A DNA stretch of 64,000 bases, taken from positions 158,908,001 to 158,972,000 of the forward strand of contig NC_086097.1 in NCBI RefSeq assembly GCF_963921235.1, read 5' to 3'. The notes beneath the pieces are model-generated. The model did no database searches, was not told the origin of the DNA, and worked only from the letters and a program-made list of their open reading frames with translations. Positions 49,816-62,430 of this stretch are shown piece after piece (the first letter of the stretch is position 1; every line of letters begins with the position of its first letter). Both the position numbers and the translations under genes were made by a program. Origin of the DNA: Mobula hypostoma. Its lineage: Eukaryota.

Positions 49816-50894
49816 GTGAATGGAATTAATATTGAGTTGGAAATGAGGCTGAGAATGAATGCACAGAAAGAGATGGGAAACTGCTGCATTCTGCTGCATC
49901 TATACCCACACCAGCCTTGGTAGATACTTCAGCACCCACATAATTGGAGTGGAAGGAAGTTAGCCGTGATCGTGAGGAACTGTATTCATGAGTATTGTAA
50001 CTGTATATTAAGAATATTGTGGGACCACCAAGCATCAAACAAAAATTACATAGGCTCAATCATCTAGAAATCTTACTACAATGTCACAGCAATGTGTCAT
50101 GTTCTGCAATATATGCATTGTCATGAAAAGGTCACAGCTTTTCAGCTTAAAATTGTAGGATAATGTGTACTGATAAAATAAAACTGGGAAGAATGGTAGA
50201 TTATCACAACAGATCTGGGTCCAGATTAGCCACAAATTGAGCTACATCTTGGTGGCTTTGACCCTTTTAACAGTGAACTTAAACTTGAAGAACAATGGTG
50301 AAAGAAATACGCTTATTCCTGAAGAAATGAACCAATGCAAAAATGGATGGTGTTGATGATATAGGTTCCATGTTTCTATGCACATGTCTTCTTTAAATTA
50401 GAGCAAGTTAATATTTCTCTTCTGCAGAGACTGAATCACCTCTGAACTCTAAAGTGTTTGTCACATGTCATACTTCATATTTCTTACCACATAGAACAAA
50501 AGCATTTGGCACATCTAGTCTAATGAGCATTGTCATTATTTTACTGTATCCAATTCTTTCTCATGTGCCCACTGCCCCTCCTCCTGATTCTCTTGCTACA
50601 TTAGGGCCAATTTACAATCGCTAATTAATCTCCAGCACTTCTTTGGGAAGTCAAGAGGAACCATGAGCATAATGAAGAAACTTATTTAGTCACAACAGGA
50701 ATGTGCATACTCCACATAGACAGCAGCCAAGGTCAATATCATACCAGGACTGCTAGAGCTGTCAAGCAGTAGTACCTACATGTGCAAGATGCAAGTCAAT
50801 AGTGTGACAGAATGAACCCGAGGCTCAAAATCACCCAGTACTATCGAGCTTGTATATTATGTACTATTTGGGACACGTGTCAGTGATAAGGTCA

Positions 50895-51400
50895 TATTTT
50901 AATGCCCAATCTAATTATCCTTGAGGAGGTAATGATAACATACCTTCTTGAACCAAGCCTTCTGTTGTTCATTACTGCAGTTTGGAGTAATGGGATTTTG
51001 ATCCAGCAACAATTAGGAATGGTGATACACTGCCAGTTCAGGATGTATGTAACTTGGAGGGAACTTGCAGTTGATAAAGTTCCCACTACTATTTTCGACT
51101 TGGTGGTAGATGTTGAAGATTTGGTAGAGGAGTGGGCGATGTCAGAATGGCCTTGGTAAGGATCTACAGTGCAATTTGCTGAGGGTTCACTCTGTAGCTG
51201 ATGTGTGCCAATGGTGAAGAGGACAAGTGCTTAGGGAGGTGGATGGAGTACCAATCAAGTGCATTGCTTCCTTAAGCTTGTTGAATGGTGATGCTCTTGC
51301 ACTTATTCCCTCCTGATGTACTTAATAGTTGATGGAGAGGCTTTGAGGTCAGAAGGAGAATCCATCACTGCAGGTGAGCCGCCCTTTGACCTGCTCTTGT
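50895..51400 (-). mobile_element. Old LINE (CR1/L2 group) 3' fragment
   Basis: Reverse-complement similarity to 54495-54965 (e.g. CCTAATCTAATTATCCTTGAGGAGGTAATGAT-like segment versus CTCATCACCATCTTCTCAAGGACAATTA). Confidence 0.55.
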
Positions 51401-52734
51401 AGTCAACCACCCACTCCTTCCTACCCCAGTACCTCTTGCTCCACCCTATGGGAGGCATGGTATTAAAGTCATTTGTTGAAAAAGTGAGTGAATGGATAAA
51501 CATTATTGCTCAGGTCGGAGATACTGATTCTTGTTATCTAAAATGGTTTTCACGTTCTTGGTTTAGTACTGTTGAATCTAGAGATGATATGGTTCAGAAG
51601 GGTCTTTAGAAGTCAACAATGAGACATAAATCCTGTGATTAAAGTAATTTTATTAGGTGTTCAAAACAAAGAAATAACAGGAATGAACTCTGTCATCAGA
51701 AAGAAAGAACAAAGAACTGAAGAAAAAGACAAAATAAGAAAAAGAACAAAAAAGTCATTTTCACTTTTGCTGTAATCTAGTTTAAACTAGAAAATAAGCA
51801 AATTTCTTTGATAAGAACAGCCTATGAAATGGTTTGATTTATGATGTGACACAGGCTGCAGACAAAGAATCCACAAAAAATATAGAACTAGCTATCTTAG
51901 AATTTATTTAAAAAATCACTGAACATTTATAAACAAACAGGTGATTATATACAAATATATAAGCAAGCATAAAGAGAGTGAAACTACAAGAAAAATAATG
52001 ATTTTGTAACTAACATGCTTTCACCTACAAAGCATAAAGATGGGAAGTGAAAGTAACCTGACTTCAGCCTTCATTGGTGATCATTTACACAATCAGCTAA
52101 GCACCACATTCTCTGGCTAATAGTTCCATGATTTTGAGCTGTTTTGAAGGATGCACAGGGTTAATTATCTGGAGTTAAGCTGTGCATCATTGTAGTTATC
52201 TGAGAGTCAATGTCCTCGTACTGAATTGATATGCCCCAATTTCTAAGAAGTTGATGTTTACTCAGTCGACAGGAAATGATAACATTCAGACTAAGGTACT
52301 GATTACAAAGTCATGAAATCGTGAACAGGTACAACCATTTCTCAATTTATGTTTGTTCAAATTCAAGTTTATGTTTATTGTCATTTAACTGTACACAACT
52401 AAATGAAACCACATTCCTCTGGGACTAAGATGGCAAGCACAGTACATATATCACACAGAGCACATAAAATAATACAATATTAACACAATAATATTAGCAG
52501 ATACTATTCTGTAGATGTACAAATTGACATAGAGTGCATGTAAGGGTGCATAACAATATAATGCTACTGACACTGTCTTAAATAGTGTGCATTTCTGAAA
52601 AACATTTCATTAAGTAAAAAGGAAGCCTGGCTGAAATGCAGTACTGTGCAAAGGCCTTAGACACATATATGTAGCAAGGGGCCTAGAGTTTAAGAACAGA
52701 GTATTTTTGCTGCAGTTGTACAGGATGTTGTTGA

Positions 52735-54412
52735 GATTTTGCTTTAGTATTCACCAGTAAAAAGGATCTTGGCAATTGCGGGGATGACTTACAGCGGACT
52801 GAAATGTTTGAGCGTATAGACATTAAGAAAGAGGATGTGCTGGAGCTGTTGAAAGGTATTAAGTTAGATAAGTCACCGGGACAGTACGAGATATACTCCA
52901 GGCAACTGTGGGAAGCGAGGGAGGAGACTGATGAGCCTTTTTGCATCATCAATAGGGACGGGAGAAGTACTAGAGGATTGGAAGGTTGCAAATGTTGTTC
53001 CCTTGTTCAAGGAAAAGCGAGTGGAGATAACCTAGGAAATTATAGACCAGTGAGTCTTACTTCAGTGGTGAGCAAATTCTTGGAGAAGATCCTATGCAGC
53101 AGCATTTGGAGAGACATAATCTGATTAGCAGTAGTTAGCATGGCTTTGTCAAGTGCAGGTTGTGCCTTACGAGCCTAATTGAATTCTTAGAAGAGGTAAC
53201 AAAATATGTTGATAGTTAGAGAAGTGGAGGTAGTGTATATGGGTTTCAGTAAGGCATTTGATAAGGCTCCCTATGCAAGATATCAGAAAGTAATGTGGCA
53301 TGGGATCCAAGGAGGCCTTACTTTGTGGATCCAGAATTGGCTTGCCCACAGAAGACAAAGATGGTTGTGGATGGTTCATATTCTCCATGGAGGACAGTGA
53401 CCAGTGGTGTTCCACAGGGATCTGCTCTGGGACCCCCTCCTCCTTGGGATTTTTATAAATGACCTGGATGAGGAAGTAGAAGGGTAGTTAGTAAGTTTAC
53501 TGATGACACAAAAGTTGGGGGTGTTGTGGATACTCTTGAGGGTTGTCAGAGGTTACAGAGGGACTTCCGATAGGATACAGAACTGGGCTGAGAAATGGCA
53601 GATGGAGTTCAACCCAGATAAGTATGACGTGGTTCCTTTCTGTAGGTCAAATATGAAGACAGAATATAATATTAATTGTAAGACTCTTGGCAGTATGGAG
53701 GATCAACTAGATCTTGGGGTCCATGTCAATCGAACACTCAAGGCTGCTGCGCAGGTTGACAGTGCTGTTAAGAAGGCGTACACGGTGTGGTAGCCTTCAT
53801 CAACAATGGGATTGAGTTCAAGAGCTGTACGGTAATGTTATGGCTATATAAGACCTTGGTCAGACCTCACTTGGTGTACTGTGTTCAGTTCTGGTCACCT
53901 CACTACAGAAAGGAAGTGGCTACTATAGAGAGAGTACAGAGGAGATTTACAAGGATGTTGCCTAGATTGGAGAGCATGGCTTATGAGAATAGGTTGAGTG
54001 AACTCGGCCTTTTCTCCTTGAAGTGACGGACAATAAGAGGTTAATTGATAGAGGTGTAGAAGATGATGAGAGGCATTGATCATGTGGATAATCAGAGGCT
54101 TTTTCTCAGGGCTAAAATGGCTAGCATGAGAGGGCACAGTTTTAAGGTGCTTGGAAGTAGGTACAGAGGAGATGTCGGGGTAAGTTTTTTATGCAGTGAG
54201 TGGTGAGTGCGTGGAATGGGCTGCTGGCAACAGTGGTAGAGGTGGATACAATAGGGTCTTTTAAGAGACTCCTTGATAGGTACATGGAGCTTAGAAAAAT
54301 AGAGGGCTATGGGCCAGCCTACGTAGTTCTAAGGTAAGGACATGTTCAGCACAGCTTTGTGGGCCAAAGGGCCTGTATTGTGCTGTAGGTTTTCTATGTT
54401 TCTATATTTCTA
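52735..54412 (+). mobile_element. CR1 LINE, 5'-truncated, degraded
   Basis: LDKSPG, GNYRPVSLTSVV, FSKAFDKAP and LVRPHLVYCVQFWSP motifs; tail TTTCTATGTTTCTATATTTCTA. Confidence 0.9.
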
Positions 54413-54494
54413 AGTATTTAAAATCAAGGTGGAAAAATATTTGGCAGATTTGATTTCTGAGGAAGAGATGGGTACGGTAACTGGCCGAGAAGAA

Positions 54495-54965
54495 ATTTGG
54501 AATGAGATGGAGAAATGGAAATATTCTCCATTAGTATGGATGAATGTATCTTCAACAACACTCAAAGAGCTCAAAACCTGACTGGATATAGCAGCCTACT
54601 TGATAGGCACTCCATTCACAATCAATCATTCACTCTACCACCGATGCAGTATAGTAGCAACTTGTACAATTTACAGGATGCATTGCAATAACTCTTTAAA
54701 TAACACCTTCCAAACCAGCAACCTCTACCAGAAGGACAAGGGCAGTAGAAGTATGGGAGTTGCCCTCCAAGCCACACATCATCCTGATATTTTGTTGTTC
54801 CTTCACCAGAAATGGGTTAAATTCCTGGAACTTACCTGCTAACAGCATATGAATATAAGCAACCCTCAAGGACTGTAAACGTTCAAGAAGGGAACTCATC
54901 ACCATCTTCTCAAGGACAATTAAATGCTGGCTCAGTGCGGGAAGCCCACATCTCTTTGAATGAGT
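54495..54965 (+). mobile_element. Old LINE (CR1/L2 group) 3' fragment
   Basis: YSPLVWMNVSSTTLKEL..LIGTPFTINHSLYHRCSIVATCTIYRMHCNNS. Confidence 0.6.
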
Positions 54966-56984
54966 TAAAAAATAAACATTATCATATTAAATGGCAGGGC
55001 TAGCTTTAAGGACTTGATGCCTACTTCTGCTCCTATTTTCTAATATTCTTTTGTATAATAACATGGAGTCCAAAAAATATTTAGCTCATTTTTACATCTG
55101 TATCTGCTTCAAAATTAATTATTCCACACACAGAATAGAGATAAATGTGGCAACTCTTTAACTTTGTTTGATGAGAATTAATATTTTATGTTTATTCTCT
55201 ACTTCCCTGATCTTTGTTCAAAATAAGTAGGAACATCTATGTTGTACCTGAAGATGATGGAATTCAGTTGGATGCATACTGTCAGTGGTGACTATGTTCT
55301 ATTACTGTTGATGACACTGCAGTCATTGTTAACTTGAAATTAAATTAATTCTCATTTAAGAAAAAAGCAGTAAGTTCCATTTTTTTAAATATCCAACCTT
55401 TAATAGAAAATAAACCACAAGTGAATGTTGTTGAAGCTGCATGCATCCAGACCATTGGAGAATATTCCTGTTGATCCATCTCATTCCAACTTCTCTTCTG
55501 GGCCAATCTACGCCTCTCTTTCTCCATTTACAAATGGTTAAATTACAAAGTTTCAAAATAATCCCAGTAAGTCTTTGAGGTAGCGTACATGTCTGCAATT
55601 TACGAGTCTATTTTTTATTATGCCAGAAAGCAGACTGCTGTCTGTGTTCAGGAATATACTGCATTGAAATACACATAATGTACAGTCATTTGCCCACAGT
55701 CAATCTATCTACAGCATATCCTGTTGCAGAATCGGAACATCCACTACATCACTATGTTGCACATTATAGGTAGACATGATGTTCTCAAAATTAGTTATGT
55801 TGTCCAGTGTCAAGCTACATGATTGCATGTACTAGATTGTAAGGGTATCACCAACCAGCTATAAATGGATGATCTCACAAGTTTCCTCTTGTTGCTATTG
55901 TCATTTTACAGAAGCTGAGCTAATAAGTAGTTTGGTGCTGTGGGTCTATTTTTAAATAACAAAGGCTTTTAAATTACCATGCAGGTCTCTGTCAGAAGAA
56001 CAATTACTGTATTGATCACATGCAATTTGCAGTTGTATAGTTATTTATAAATTGCAACTTGGAGGCACAATTTTCAATCCACAAAAATCTTCCCTGACAT
56101 TGATAAAAAAACAATGTTCAGCTTTGAAATATCTCAAACTGTTGTACTCAACCTATTCATATCCTGAAAAGGCTCACAGTTGATATACAATTGAGTGGAG
56201 TTAGCTTTAAGGAAGATCCGGAATGTCTGCTGTTTCTTGTTCTAGTAAGAGTGATTTCAAGTCAAGTAATATGGTTGTTCGAGTTTGGTTGTTCTGACTG
56301 TCAGTAATATAGTTGATTTCTTTTAATTGAGATTTGAGTGCAGCAAAATCCAAAGGAAGCTACTTATCAGCACAAAACCAGATGCACATTAATATTACAG
56401 TATTAATTATGGCTTGTTTGTTTAAAAATTGCATTTTACATTAAAGAGCAAAGCATTCATAAACATGTCAGGTTTTCACTTTATTTTTAGAATTGGGAGG
56501 TAAAGTTGCTCTGCTGGATTTCCTTCCTTCCATCAGTACCAACACATTTGCTTCTTCTGAAGAGCCATGTGTCTCCTTTTCTTAGCTGTCCTGTATTCGC
56601 TTCCTATTCCCATCTGGAGTTTCATTAGAAACCTTGTGAAAGAACCACCGAGTGTTTAACCACTAACAAGTTCATTGTTTCAACTTAATTGTTGTGATTG
56701 CCTCAATTATTTCATTGCATTATCTTTTGCTAAGTGCCATCAATCTGAATTAAGAATACATTTTCACGGGAATTACAAGCAAACGAAATTTCAATGGAAT
56801 ATCTAGAGAAAAAAATATTTGAAATTGGAAGAAGTCCAATTCAACTTGTATTTGATCTCCCAAGGCAGGAAAGATGAATTCAACTAAATTTTTGTCTCCA
56901 AATTAATGAAATCAAACTCAAAAATTTCAGCAACTTTGTTAGCAGTTTCCACTCTGCTTGTACATTTATGTAGTCCATCTCTGA

Positions 56985-57905
56985 TTTACTTTCCTTTTCT
57001 GGATCTCTTTGTCTCCATTTCAGGAGATACCGTAGACCAGCAACTAATATCTATTACAAACCCACAGATTCCCACAGCTCAACCTGCCTCCTATAAAGAC
57101 ACCATTTCTTCCCCATCTTCGTCTCCATTGCAATTGCTTCAGGTTTGAGGCCTCCTACCCTTGTATCTCCGAAATGTCCTCCGTACTCTGGAAAGATGCC
57201 CTGCCTCTGACATAGTGCATGGAGCCTTTACAGAACACCAGTGCACAGTCCAGAGGGATGAACCCAAGCTTTTCTGCTGCATGTTACTTTAACTGTCATT
57301 CTATTCCCTTTCCACCCCGTCTGTTTGTTACCTTCCCCATTGCTGGAATGAGGCCCAATGGGAACCAACAGAGCAACATCTTATCTTCTGTCTAGGCAAG
57401 TCAGTGCAACCTTCTGGAATGAACATTGAATTTTCCAACTTTAACTAAACTGCTCTCATATCATCTCCTATTATCATGCTTATGTCCCTTTCTTGCTATT
57501 GGTTAGTATTCATGCTCCTTATCACCTGATCTGTCTTAACCTATCTACGTATAGCCTTTCATCTTAACCTCAGTCCTCCTTCTAGCTCTGTTTTAAATGT
57601 AAACTCCGCATTCTTCTCCCATTTCTGAGTTAAGGGTGCTACCATTGACTGATTTCTCGTTCCACAGATGCTGTTTGACTATCTGAGTTCTTCCAGCATT
57701 TCCATTTTTGTTTCAGATTCCAGCAGATTTTTTTTCTGGTTCCCCCTATCACCTACTAACCTTTGTGTCAAACCTCCCTTTCACTTTTGTATCCTGGCTG
57801 CTTCCCTTCTACATGCTGAGTCCTGATGCAAGGTCTCACCAGCCCCTTCCCTCCACAGATACTGCTTGACTTGTTGAGTTCTTTCAGCAGTTTATATTTT
57901 GTTCC
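56985..57905 (+). mobile_element. Heavily degraded Neptune-type PLE with two pLTR-like ends
   Basis: PFLDLFVSISGD..YYKPTDSH and EQHLIFCLG..GMNIEFSNF match 28722-30459; pLTR ends at about 57660-57725 and 57815-57905 (AGTCCTGATGCAAGGTCTC hammerhead half). Confidence 0.72.
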
Positions 57906-58127
57906 AGGTATACAGTCCCTTGTGTCTTCGGAGTTATTGTAAAGTTGCTGTATCCACTCCTTTGTACTCCTCAATCAGGATTCTATTCAATCAGTTCTCC
58001 AGCATGGGGAAGTCAGTGACAGAGTGACAGTCATATGGTCCAGTAGCATTACTACTGTAAGTCAATCGTAGACAAGCTTGCCAAAGGTGGATATTAATAG
58101 TGAAGTTTAAAGATACTTAAGTGATTA

Positions 58128-59002
58128 TATCAAAGGTTCATTTATTATCAAAGCATGTATCCCTATACAACTCTGAAATCTGTATTTCTCCAGCGAGCCA
58201 CGAAATAAAGAAAGAAAATGAAAGTCATTCAGAGAGAAACATCAAACCATCACCCCGTACAAAAAGGAACAGCATCCCGATCATTAACCCGCCCCCACCA
58301 AAAAAACCCTACAACCGCACAAAGCAAACAGGGACATCAACCCCTGAAAACAACCCCACCACCCCACAAAAAACTAACAGAACACTCACAGAACATCAAA
58401 CCCCCAAATACCCTTCGCTCACACAACAAAACAGCAATAAAAAACACAAAATATAAAAACCTTAAATCTGAAAACATTCACAGTCCATAAACTCAGAACT
58501 ACAACGCCATCTACAATATCACTGACATTCATCAAAAGAGAGGGACACCACATGAGGCAGAGAGGCCTTCTCATCCGCCACACTGCAAATGGCCGTTCAC
58601 AGACTCCTCTGGCAGCGATCAGAAGACCAGCCGTCAGTGCTGAAACTCTCGCTTGCCTTCTGCATTCGCCTCAATGTCTCAGTCTTCCTTGATGCTTTAA
58701 TCAACGATTAGTGGACGTTTTATACAGAAAAATGGAGTTGAACATTGGCACACATCCCATCTTGAAGTTTCTTCGCAGTGAGGCCATCCGAGTACATGCT
58801 TGCTTTGCGGAACTTTCTCAGAGCCAGCAAAGCACTGGATCACTCAAATGATTCCAAGCTGCAAATCACAGCCTCAAACGGTCCCAGGAACACAATTAAG
58901 TTGAAAACCAGGCATAAAAGATGTAAGAAATCTATTTTTGTTTGCTATCTGGAAGATGTTGACCGAGAGAGCGTTGTATGCTGGCACCATCTTGACCGGA
59001 AG
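58128..59002 (-). mobile_element. Non-coding putative non-autonomous retroposon with Rex1-type 3' tail
   Basis: The left end CAAAGGTTCATTTATTATCAAAG..CTCTGAAAT resembles the Rex tail at 10020-10080. The right end (minus-strand 5') reads CTTCCGGTCAAGATGGTGCC. No TE ORF lies between. Confidence 0.55.
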
Positions 59003-59939
59003 ACCAAGATACGTGCAGATTTAAAAATAAGTGTATTTCAAGAGTGCAGTTAGTTTGTACTAATATTTACAGTAGTAAATGTTGGACATTGTTAATATTT
59101 TAACACCAAAGTACTAAATATTTTGATGATCCCACTTTATTAAATTATAAGGGAAATACTTATCTTCTTTGGTCTTGAACGTATAAGAAATTCATATTAG
59201 TTGTATAATTTTTTTCTGGTACTATTAAAAACAAAGGGAACCCTATTTCCAGGCATTTCCACTTCACTATAAGTTAAATTTGAGTTTATTGTTAAATGTA
59301 TCTATTATGTTATTAAATGAGATTGAGGTGCCCTCGGATAAGTTATATTAACACACAGAAAATAAGCAGTGCTTTAACCTGAGTTTGTCATTTAGCTTCC
59401 AGTTATTCCAGTTTCATGTATGCTACTTATTCCAGGTGTTGTCGTGCTTAGATAGAGGTTTGGGCTCCTCACAATACATTATTTGATTTAGAAGGAAATG
59501 TGCTGTCATCTGAGCTATCTGCCTACACAGACAGCATCAATAAGTGGTAACAAAATTGTGTAAGTAATAGCAAGCTGCATATTGAGGATTGCAGCTATCA
59601 ATCTTTGGAAGACCAAAATATACTCAGCTGTCAGCAATGGATAAACAGAAGGCCTGAGATGTTCAGTCTTTGGGTGTATGCCACAGGCATCTTCAAACAC
59701 CAAAAACAGGAATAGTGTTAAAGGCTATGAGTTAAGTCTGTCACGAGACAAATGAGTGCCAAAAATACGTTTGTCCTCAATACCCTTTTCTCCTGTCTTT
59801 CCTAGTCTTTCTGTGCCTCAGCCCTGACTACTACTTTCCTGCTATCCTTTTTAACTTTCTGTGTTTTGCTTTCTCCAAACCTCATCAATGCTGCATAACA
59901 GGTTTTTTTTTGGAGATTACCCTCCTTGTGAAACCAAGT

Positions 59940-60530
59940 TTGGAAAGAATGAGGGTTAGTAATATGAGAGTACAGAGTTGGAATGTCATGTTACGGCTGT
60001 ACAAGATGTTGGTGAGACTACACTTGGAGCATTGTGTGTGATTCTGGATGCCCAGTTCTGGAAAGAACCTCATTAAGTTGGAACAGGTTCAGGAAAGATT
60101 CTCAAGGATGTTGCAGGAACAGTAGGGCTTGAATTATGAGAAGAGACTGGGATTTTTCTCGTTAGAGCATAGGAGGCTGAGGTGTGATCAGTTGAGGTTT
60201 ACAAAATCATGAGGGGGATAGATGAGGTGAATGATCACCATGTTTTTCTCAGAGTAGGGGAGTCTAAAATTAGAGGCCATAGATTTATGGTGGGACAAAA
60301 AGATTTAAAGGAAATCTAAGGAGGAACTTTTTCACATAGAGAGTGGTGATTATATTGACTCTGCTGCGGGGGGCAGTGGTAGAGGCAGGTACAATTGTAA
60401 TTTAGACAGGTACATGGGTAGGAAAGATTTAAATGGACCACACAAAAGGAAATAGGACTAGTCCAAATAGACAACTTGTTCAGCATGGATGAATTTGCCT
60501 GAAGGGTCTGTTTCTGTGCTGTATGACTAT
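59940..60530 (+). mobile_element. Old CR1 3' end
   Basis: LYKMLVRLHLEHCV..LEQVQERFSRML; tail CTGTTTCTGTGCTGTATGACT. Confidence 0.78.
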
Positions 60531-60929
60531 ATTATTGCTGTTTTAGTGGGTATGATGTAGTGATCCTAAAGGAAGAGAAAAGGAGACTGTAATCTTAAAC
60601 ATGGTATTTTTCATTTGTTGATAAATTAAAAGCTCTTGGAGATTATTTAAAGCGGTGTTTCTTTTCTATTTTAAAGATAGCCTCATGATTTCCTGTTAAA
60701 AAAAATCAAGGATACCTTATTGCTTATTGATGGTGGGACTGGATAGCCCAGTGTTCACAGTCGGCTGTGAAGAAGAGCAGCACAGTACATACTTTCAAAG
60801 ATATGGTGACTAAAACTCTTAATTACAACATGACTCTTCTAATCTTGCAGTCAAATCTTCGTAGAAAAAAGACAAATATTTCACTTTCTCTCCTATTCAC
60901 TTGCTACATCTGCATGTTGGCCAACCGTG

Positions 60930-61360
60930 TCTGAACTTTAACATTACCCAATAAATACTCCATATTTATGTGATGTACACCAATGTGTATGACATCACAT
61001 TTTTCCATATTACATGCCATCTGCCATATTATTGCCCATTGATTCAGCATGTCTGTAGCCTCTTGAAACCTCTTTACTTCCACTTCCCTAATTACAATCC
61101 CAACCAGGTCAGTGTTGTCAACAAACTTGGAAGTGTGCCATTTTGTCCTCTCAGTCACATTGTGAACAGCTGTGACCTGAGCACTGATCCCTGCGGTAAG
61201 CAACTAGTCACAGCTTACATCCTGAGAAGGTTCTGTTCATCTACACTCTTTGCTTTCTGTCTAATAACTAATTCTCAATCCATGTCAAGTGCTGTAACAC
61301 TGTTAACCAACTTTCTGTGTAGGACCTTATTAAAATCCTAGCAGAATTCCAACATTTCTG
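60930..61360 (-). mobile_element. Old CR1 RT fragment
   Basis: SKFVDNT..WAIIWQMACNMEKCDVIHIG. Confidence 0.68.
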
Positions 61361-61529
61361 ATTGATATATGCTGACTTTAACCCAAGATCTGCTTCGAAA
61401 TCACACCCAGGAAACAGAATAAAGAGGAAGTTTGGAGAGAGGTTGAGGAATAAAAGAGACAAGATATAAAGCACAAGTAAAATGACAGTTGAAAAGGATC
61501 TAATGCTTTCCCTGCATATATAACATACA

Positions 61530-62430
61530 CCTCTTCTTGGGCTTCCAACTGGATACAGGCATTGATTTTGACTGATGTTTTGATGGCAAACTCCACCATC
61601 TTCATCAGCGATGATGCTTAGTACTTCTAGTCTGGTGCTATACATACTCAGCTCTCATCGTCTGTCCCTCCTAATTAGCTAGTCCTTAACCAATCAGGTT
61701 TCTCCTGTCCCACCTTGTTTAAAATCGTATTCCAGTTGCTACTTAGAGCGCAACCTTCATCTTTATTAAAATTCTTATTTTCTAGTCTTATTTCAATGGC
61801 TTCCTTCAGCAGGCTGTCCCAAAGCCACTGGCGCAGCACATTAGTTTTATGCCGTTGAAGTCAATACAATGGTCAATGTTGTGCTCCTGCTGATTTCTCT
61901 GGATAACCCGAACAATGTCACCTCCTATGGTCCTTGATGCGGGTTTCCACCATGTCCCCATCTGGCTGATGTATGCTGCTCCGTTTGCGCAGAGAATCCT
62001 GTAAACACCAGCTGTCCTGAATTCCAGGTTATCTTTGGACTGCATAAACTGGGATTTAGCTTCCTTATGGTTTTGGGGGTGGTATTAACCTGGTAAAATC
62101 GAGACGAGAAGACTGCAACTAGCGGGGCACTGTCTACGCCACCCCGAGCTACCTGCCAGCCTAGTCATCATATGGGAGCCCAAGCATGGGAGGATGAACC
62201 CTGGGCGCTCTCCCAAGACTATGGTCAACATGCTCCTAGAAGACAGTGGCACGGGTAATGTAGATGAACTGAACACACTGATGAGGGAGAGAGAGAAGTG
62301 GAGAGTCCGACATCGTGCCCGACGCTGGCCCCCTAGGCCTGAGTCGACGTAGTAGTAGTAGTAGTAATCTGGTATTTCTTCAGGATTCTAGTAATCCTTT
62401 CAGAAACCATGGAAATATCGAGAAGACGTA
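61530..62430 (-). mobile_element. Penelope-like element (Poseidon-type) 3' part, interrupted by RTE
   Basis: VSERITRILKKYQI, SKDNLEFRTAGVYRILCANGAAYISQ (GVY..YIG) and pLTR; hammerhead CTGATGA-A-GATGGT ggagtt TGCCATC-AAAA at 61570-61612. Confidence 0.8.
62096..62364 (+). mobile_element. RTE 3' end, (TAG)n tail
   Basis: Nearly identical to the reverse complement of 20075-20345; TSD TAA(C/T)CTGGTA at 62086-62095 and 62365-62374. Confidence 0.9.

Noticed and set aside
58121..58490. Pro/Thr/Asn/Lys-rich ORFs
   Set aside because: They arise from a low-complexity A/C-rich strand lacking T, and hence lacking stops, within a repeat.
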